The notes below the pieces were generated by a model that worked only from the letters and a program-made list of their open reading frames with translations, was not told the DNA's origin and ran no database searches. DNA of 64,000 nucleotides from Azolla caroliniana. Taxonomy: Eukaryota > Plantae > Polypodiophyta. The stretch spans positions 9,424,001 through 9,488,000 of the forward strand of contig JBHGNT010000008.1 of the NCBI GenBank assembly GCA_043228905.1. The letters are read 5' to 3'. The translations under genes and the position numbers were made by a program. Below, in pieces: positions 56,759 through 64,000 of this stretch (positions are counted from its first letter, which is position 1; every line of letters starts with the position of its first letter).

Positions 56759-58936
56759 ATGGCTTCGACAAGTGGAACTCAAGGAGAAGAATTGACGAAA
56801 GGCATGGTGTCCGTCGTCGAATTCATGCTGAAAGAGAGAGATCGGGAGGCTTTAGTCGACAAAGCTGTTGACCGAACTGTGGAGACAGTTGGAAGATTCG
56901 GTGGGAAGAATATCACAAATTTCCTTGCTACCTACCGGAATGAGATGCAACAAAGAGATGTCCATGATCCAAAACAAATTTCAAGCTTTAAGCGTGTGGT
57001 AGAACCCGGGATCCGTGAGCGCGTGATGGAGATCCAAAACGAGCATGCAACTTTGGCGGAGTTCAAAAGGGCTCTTCTCACTGAATACATGCTTGAAGAC
57101 GCATCGTGGATGACTCGGCATACGTTAATGAATTGGATCGAGAAGAAAGGGAAGAATCTGTGTGCATCGGGAATTTATGCCGAATTCGACCAGAAGTACA
57201 ACCGACTTCCGAGTGTTGAGCAACGAGTTCTCGACGGAGATAAAGTCGTACTATTCCTAAAGGCAATGGATGCGAAAGATCGGCGAGAATTGGGTAGTTT
57301 CTTGGAGGACGAAACACAACCAAATGGTTTGATAGCGGACTGGGCGGCGGTGAAGAAGGCTTGCAGCCGTTTTGATAAGCGGTGACAATGGCAAGAGGAA
57401 GCTGAGGTCAAGAATCCACAATTGTGGAAGAAGGCACCTACGACGATTGAGCCTAGTAAGCCGATCAACAATTTCGACAAGAAAGCAATGGAGGAGTCTA
57501 TAATCGAAGAGCTCTCCAAGAAGTTTGAAGCGGTATCGCTAGCCAACTTAGGTCGACGCGGGCCCAAGGGAAAAGAAGCGTATAGATGTGTGTGGTGCGA
57601 TAGCTTTGAACACTCACGAAGGGAATGTGCTGACTTGCAAGATGCGATCCGCAAGAATGTCGTTTATTTGGACATCAACATGATTCACTCGAGCGAGACC
57701 CGGAAGCCACTACGAGTGAACTTCGGAAGAGGTGGGCTGAAAAAGATTGTAGAAGAAGAAGATGCAAGGCATGTGGAGGCTATGCACTATGCCGCTTCGG
57801 CTGGGATACGAGTTGGAAAAGAGAATCTTAAAATGATCAAGCTAGGAGCTGGGTTTTGGCCAACGGTCTTCGAGTGCGAAGAAAAAGGCAAAATCAATTC
57901 AGAGGATCTAAAACTTGCTGACCGAAACGTGTGACGAGCAACCGGATGGTCAGATCCAATCGACGAAAACACAAGCTTTGCGGAGGTTGTGTGTGACACC
58001 TATGAAGCCCTTGTCGAAGAGAAGAGGAAGAGAACCGGTGAAGAAGATGGCACATCAAAGTGACCTAACACGAGGAACGGAGGGAAAGAAGGGCCACCCC
58101 AACCTATCCCAAGAAAAGAGATTGGTGAAACAAACATGAAGCCCGGTGGATCGAGCCAACCTGCTTGGATGGAAGTCGAAGAATCAACAAAGAAAGGAAA
58201 AGAATGAGCGGCACCGACTTACAAGCTAAGGTCGGACATAGAACAAACAACTAACTTGCGGAAGGTCCTTGAGGAGAAGGTTTTAGATAGTCATGTTGAC
58301 CTTACCTTGAGAGAGCTACTTGGGATCGCGAAGGAGTTCCATGATACTATCGTGGACCTTATTAAGAGGAAGCGGCAACAATCTGATGAAGAGGAGGTGA
58401 AAACAAGTGCCATAACCATGGCAAGATCGGAAGAGGAGGAAGAAGAAGAAGTGGTGGCGGATAGCCATTACTCACGGCCTCATTGGGCAAGAGCGACAAC
58501 AGAGACACCGGTGAAGATCAGGGAGAAGAAAGAGACCGTGGTCACTTTGATTGACCATGGCTCAGAGATCAACCTCATGTCGACCGAGTTCTACAAGAAA
58601 GGAAGATGGCCGATTAATACAAACCACGGATGGAAGATTCGAGCGGCGACGAAGGCTATGGACGACTTGTACGGAGCTTGCCCCAACGTTAAAGTCACGA
58701 TCGGGGATGTAGAGATTGATCAACACTTCTTCGTGCAAGACTCGGCTTCACATCCCGTCATCCTAGGACAACCATATATAACATCGTCCCGGATGGAGAC
58801 CAAGGTGTTCGATAATGGAGCAGCCTTCGCGCGCGTCAAGAGTCTTGATAGTAAAAGATCCGCTCAATTCCTAACGGTGCGAGCTAATCATGAAAGGAAC
58901 CGAGATAGCCTTGGAGGCGAATCCTCGGATTTTTAA
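56759..58936 (+). pseudogene. Gypsy J gag-protease ORF with a few in-frame stops
   Basis: Same-frame ORFs 56723-57385, 57422-57934 (CVWCDSFEHSRREC) and 58256-58936 (LIDHGSEINLM..VILGQPY). Confidence 0.88.
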
Positions 58937-58990
58937 AGCGCACTATTGAAGCATGGGGCACAAATAGTCCAAGCAATCATAAGTCCCCAC
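58927..58990 (+). promoter_or_regulatory. Putative -1 ribosomal frameshift signal (G_GAT_TTT plus H-type pseudoknot)
   Basis: Heptamer directly before the gag-PR stop; -1 frame open; stems ACTATT/AATAGT and TGGGG/CCCCA; conserved at 54118-54183 on the minus strand. Confidence 0.7.
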
Positions 58991-61900
58991 AAGGAAGCAA
59001 AGTGCGTGGATTGCAAGGAGAAGCAACATGCATCACACCTAGCGGCGCATGCAAACTTAGACTACTCAACAAGAAGGAAGAGTGTCAGATACAAGACTTC
59101 GAGGAGGTGCTAAAAGAAGAAAGCATAATGGAAGAAGAAGAATTCGTGTCATATATTCTGGAGGAAGCCTCATTTAACGACACCATCGGCGAAATCGAGG
59201 AAGTCGTGGATTTGAGCTATCCTCACCATCAACATGTGATTTCGGTTAACTCCGTCAACATGTATACTATCATCGATGAATATCATCGAGGCATCTTCAT
59301 AGAGGAAGTCGAAGTCAACACAAAATATAAAACCGTGGATAGGAAGATCAAGCCAGTTGCAGTTCCGCTACCGGAAGATAGCTGGCAAAAGATGAAGGAA
59401 GTTGCAAAAGATCCAAGCTTAAGGAACCCAAATACAATTGGTCACGTCTTCACTAAAGAGACGAAGGGAAAGCTACGAGTTGGAAGGGAGGATTCCTCCT
59501 CCCTGAAGAGGAGCGGATGTTTCGTGGAATGCTTGAAAGACATGGGAAGGCTTTCGCGTTTTTCCCACAAGAAATCGGGTGTGCTAATCCAAGGACAGTA
59601 GAACCGATGGTGATCTTCACGGTGCCGCATGTGCCTTGGAATTTGAAACCGATACCGGTTCTGAGAGCACACCTACCGAAGCTGATCGAGCTCTTAAAGG
59701 AGAAGGTGAGGATGGGAATTCTAGAACCGTCGAATGCTCCTTATTCTAATAGGTGGTTCATGGTGCCAAAGAAGAATGGATCGTTGTGATTCATTCAAGA
59801 TCTTCAACCCGTCAACAAGGTGACAATTCGGAATGCTGGAATCGGTCCGAGTGTGGATGAATTTGCCGAGGCGTTTGCGGGCCGGTCCATCTACTCCATC
59901 GGCGATCTCTACTCTGGCTACGATCAATTCCAGTTGGCGGTCGACAGTCGTGACATTACAACCATGAGAACTCCAATCGGGTTGGTGCGGATGTGTACCT
60001 TACCTCAAGGCGCAAGGAACTCGGTGGCTCATATGGTGAATGCCATGAACAAGGTCTTGAAGGATTGCATCCCGAATATCACGATGCCATTCTTAGATGA
60101 TATTCCGATAAAAGGATGTTCGGATGAAGATAAGGATGGATGTAGAAAGTTCGTCATGGATCATATGAAAGATTGCGAGAAGGTGCTCCAAAGGCTCGAA
60201 GATGCGAATTTGACATTTTCGGGAGAAAAATCCGCATTCGGGCAACCGGAGATCCTGGTGGTAGGTCACTTGTGTGGAGCATACGGTCGGAAGCCTTCGC
60301 CATCCAAGGTGAATGCAATCCAAGACATGAAAGAAGAATGTGTAACCCAAACGGAGGTTCGAAGGTTCCTTGGAGCATGCGCGTTTTATCATATTTGGAT
60401 TCCACACTACGCCCACATTGCTGAGCCATTATATGGTCTACTAAAGAAGAAGCGGATGTTCGAATGGACGAGCGAGCATACAATCGCCATCCGAAGGCTG
60501 AAGAAATTATTGATGGAGGCACCTGCATTACGGAAAGCGGATTGTTCATACGGCAAGCCCATTTTCGTGACTGTGGATACTAGTCCAATCGGAATTGGAT
60601 GGGTTATCAACCAAGAAGATGAAGATTGCAACCGATATGCAATTCGGTTTGGCGCGAAAGTGTTAAGTGACAGGCAAAGAAGGTATGCCCAAGTGAAGAG
60701 GGAGCTATGGGGGATCGTCTCGGCAATCAAATTTGATCGTGATTACCTTATTGGAGCAGAAGTCATAATTGAGACAGATTGCCTACCAATTTTGGGTATG
60801 ATATCTGGTTGTAATACACCGGATATTGCCATGTTGCGTTGGATTGCATATATCAAATCACTCAACCCGGAGATCCGTAATGTCGTTGCAGACATGCTAT
60901 CACGAGCGAGATACGACGGAGAAGAAGATCGACATTCTGATGAAGATGATGTTGGCTTGGATTTCTTTGCAAGTTCCTATGCTTGGGTGTTGACTACTTT
61001 CATAGAAGAGGACTACGAAGGCGAATTCGTGGAGATCGGGAAATACTTCAGTTCTCTCCAAAAAGATGAATCATGGTCGACGGAAGGCTTCCATCGAATT
61101 CGGAAGAAGGCATACAAGTATTTCCTTAAGGATGGAGCTCTTTGGAGGCATGCAAAAAAGAAGAATGGGACTCCGATGAGAGTTGTCTGCAAGCTAGAAG
61201 ACCAACAAAGACTAATGTCTGAAATTCATGATAGTGTTTTTGCAGGCCATCGAGGAATATGGGCTACGTTTGCAAAGCTTAAGGAGAAATATTGGTGGCC
61301 AGGCATCTACAAAGATGTAGCACCTTATGTGGAAACATGTAAGGAATGTCAGATGTTTTCGAATATTCGCCATCGAGATGGACTTCATCCGACTTACCCG
61401 TTGGCTATGCATTACAAGTGGATGGTGGACATCGTGATGATGCCAATGGGGCGATGGTAGATGAAGTATCTTGTGCTCGCAAGAGAGGATCTTACCAATC
61501 AAGTTGAAGGGCGAGCATTAAGAACTAAGGAGACATCATCGGTATGTCAATTCCTTCTTGAAGATGTTATTTGCAGATATGGATGCGTCGGCAAGATAGT
61601 GGCTGATAGAGGCGAGTTGAACGCCAATGAAGCTAGAGAATTCTTCTCGAGGATGGGAATCAAATTATCTCTTACCATGGCGTATAATCCGGAAGCAAAT
61701 GGGAAGGTGGAACATGGACATGGACCGATTGTCAAGGCTCTAGTGAAAGCTTGCCATGGGAAAATAGGAGAATGGCCACGTCTATTGCCATTTGCATTAT
61801 GGGCTGACAGGACTACTCATAACACGGTGACGGGATACATGCCGACAGAGCTCATATTCGGACAAAAGCCAATAATGCCGGTAGAACAAAGTATTATTTC

Positions 61901-62345
61901 ATGGTTTGCATTGCCATGGCAAGATGAGATAAGTAGAGAAGATCTTCTAGCATTGAGGATTCGACAATTAGAGCGGAATTTGGAAGATGTAGAGGTGGCT
62001 AAAGCGCGGCTAAAGAATGCAAGGCTAAAGAACAAGAAAGACTTCGATAAACGACATCGATTTCGGCCGAGGAAAATCGTTGAAGGAGATTGGGTGCTAG
62101 TCTATGACAGTAGCCTAGATAACCAACATAGTACGGCTCGAAAATTCTCACAACGATGGTTTGGGCCATATGTGGTGAAGAAAGTGGAAGATAATGCAAC
62201 ATATCATTTAGTAGAACTGGATGGTACACCACTTGCCTTGCCAATTGCCGGTAAAAGAATCAAGATCTTCAAGAGAAGAGATAGAATAGAAATTGGATTC
62301 GAAGCTTTTGACGATTCAGTCTTAAGCATCGATGAAAAAGTATAG
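58931..62345 (+). pseudogene. Gypsy J pol (RT, RNase H, integrase with GPY/F) with few lesions
   Basis: KYKTVDRKIKPV, DLYSGYDQF, LPQG, FLDDIPIKG, VTVDTSPIGIG, H..GH..C..C, DRGEL, WFGPY. Confidence 0.9.
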
Positions 62346-62412
62346 TAAACAAAAATGAATCCTCACCAAAATTGGCACATACCGGTGGATGTGTAGGTTT
62401 GGCGGGGGCGAA

Positions 62413-63682
62413 TGTCGTGTGAATCTTCACACACTATGTAAAAAAATAATGAAATAATTATTATAGATTAGATTAGTAGCTTACTATAGAAAGATGGATA
62501 TACTCAAGAGCTTCAAAATGTATTTTACTATATACAAAATGGAGAAATACATATCAAGTTATGAGAAAATAAAGTTTGATTAGATAGGGAAATTAGAACT
62601 ATCCCACATAGATAGGAAAGTTAAGGCCCTGGCTATATAAACACCTTGAGCTCCCTCATTTTTATTTGTGCTAAGAGCACTTTGGCCACTTTGTCTTGAT
62701 GGATGATGGTGGCCAAATTCCCTAAAACCGAAAACCGGCCGGTAAGCAAATCCGGAAAATGGGTCCGGTAAGCAAATCCGGAAACCAGCCGGTATGCAAT
62801 CCGGAAACCGGACGGCAAGCAAACCGGAACCGGAACGGGTATGCAAACCGGAAACCGGTCGGCAAGCAAAACCGGAAACTAGCCGGTAAGCAAAACCGGA
62901 ACCGGCCGGCAAGCAAAACTGGACCCGGCTTGCAAGCAAAACCAAAACCGGAACTGGCAAGCAAACTGGAACCGGCTGGCAAGCAAAATCGGAACCGAAA
63001 TCGACCGGCAAGCAAAATGGAACCGGCTACCGGACGAGGTTGGACACGGACGGACGAAAGATTGGATCATGCAACAAACTAAAGTAAAGTGAAGAGAACT
63101 AAAGTAAAGGCCATGTGGACGCAAGAAACTAAAGGAGTGCATGGAAAAAGTAAAGGTCATGTGGACAGTCACATGCAACCAAAAGAAAAAGCTAGGCAAC
63201 TAAAAGTAGAGGCCATGCAACAAAAAGTGGAAAGGCTATGATCAAGGGAGAACTCCATATTTATTCCATTTTTTTTCCTACACTAGGACGCACTCTCCAT
63301 ATTATCTTAATTTTTTTTCTTTTCTTTGGGAGCTCTCTTATATTATCGAAGCCAATAACCCTATCTCTTAAGTAAACCATAATTTCCATACGGAAGCAAT
63401 CTCTCAAAATCCAAAATTCCTTGTCAAAGCCATATCACTCAAGAATCATAATCTCTTATTTCCTCTAATCTATTATTCTAATCATCTCCATAAGATAAAA
63501 CTTTTGTAATCCCAATCTTGGGATTGATTGTAATCTTTCTTTCCCTTTTATTAATGAAATTTGTTAATCTTTCTCATTTCCGTTAATTCTTAGTACATAA
63601 ATACATGAATTTGATATCCTCTAAACAAAGGCCCCGGGGTCTTGCCTCAACGTTCACGTATCCTCGTCGTATTTTCGCGACA
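62413..63682 (+). repeat. 3' LTR of gypsy J (1270 bp)
   Basis: Direct repeat of 55437-56705. Confidence 0.95.
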
Positions 63683-64000
63683 ACGGCGACCTCCGGTTGC
63701 ACGACAAGACCCCACCGTCCCTCCCAGCCTAGGCAATCTTGAGATCGCGCACCATCTTCATTAGCTCCTCAAGAGTTGCGCCCCCTAATGGTCCTGCTAC
63801 CACATTGGCCAACGGCGTGCCCGACTCGAGCCACCGTCTTGTTTCGTTCGTTCTTGTCGGAACCGGTTCCTCTGGCTTCCTCCCCGCATTTGGGCCGGTC
63901 GTCAATGAACCTCCATCGTTCCAATCACGTTGTTTGTCGGAACAACGACAAACTCTTTTAACCACTGCCCATTCTTCCATGAGGCCCTCGTCTTTCTCCA

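Larger units (their letters stand above)
55437..63682 (+). mobile_element. Ty3/gypsy LTR retrotransposon J (non-chromovirus, tRNA-Trp primed, 4-bp TSD), full length with several stops
   Basis: LTRs TGTCGTGTGAATC...TCGCGACA at 55437-56705 and 62413-63682; TSD ACGG; PBS at 56710; purine-rich GGCGGGGGCGAA at 62401-62412. Confidence 0.96.
54100..64000 (-). mobile_element. Degenerate gypsy element I (gag-PR), related to J and interrupted by J
   Basis: gag 63687-64000 continues in frame into 55436 (SPFDQRCM*CDVVDHIRRDC); ELTLREVLG, SHYMRP, PR and NHERNRDSLGDEGREDF* at 54174. Confidence 0.85.

Overview
This window is eukaryotic plant heterochromatin made almost entirely of nested LTR retrotransposons; the element families suggest a non-seed land plant such as a fern or bryophyte (inference). 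No intact host gene is present. Six elements have both LTRs and target-site duplications. Four are Ty1/copia: 265-5186, 9075-20155, 10355-15835 (intact 1357-aa polyprotein, near-identical LTRs) and 32056-37757. Two are Ty3/gypsy: 5255-26111 (Athila/Tat-like with a long extra ORF) and 55437-63682 (tRNA-Trp primed, 4-bp TSD). Several truncated copia/gypsy remnants, a processed RPS20 pseudogene and an ARL8 pseudo-exon are also present. The most notable observations are: (1) a tRNA-Arg 3'-half mimic ending in CCA where the polypurine tract of the 5255-26111 gypsy should be; (2) a conserved -1 frameshift heptamer plus covarying pseudoknot located after the protease in two related gypsy copies; (3) an apparent capsid (gag) swap in the youngest intact copia; (4) a Tf1-type self-priming signal in a chromovirus-like element. 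All coordinates and alignments were read by eye; no database searches were run.
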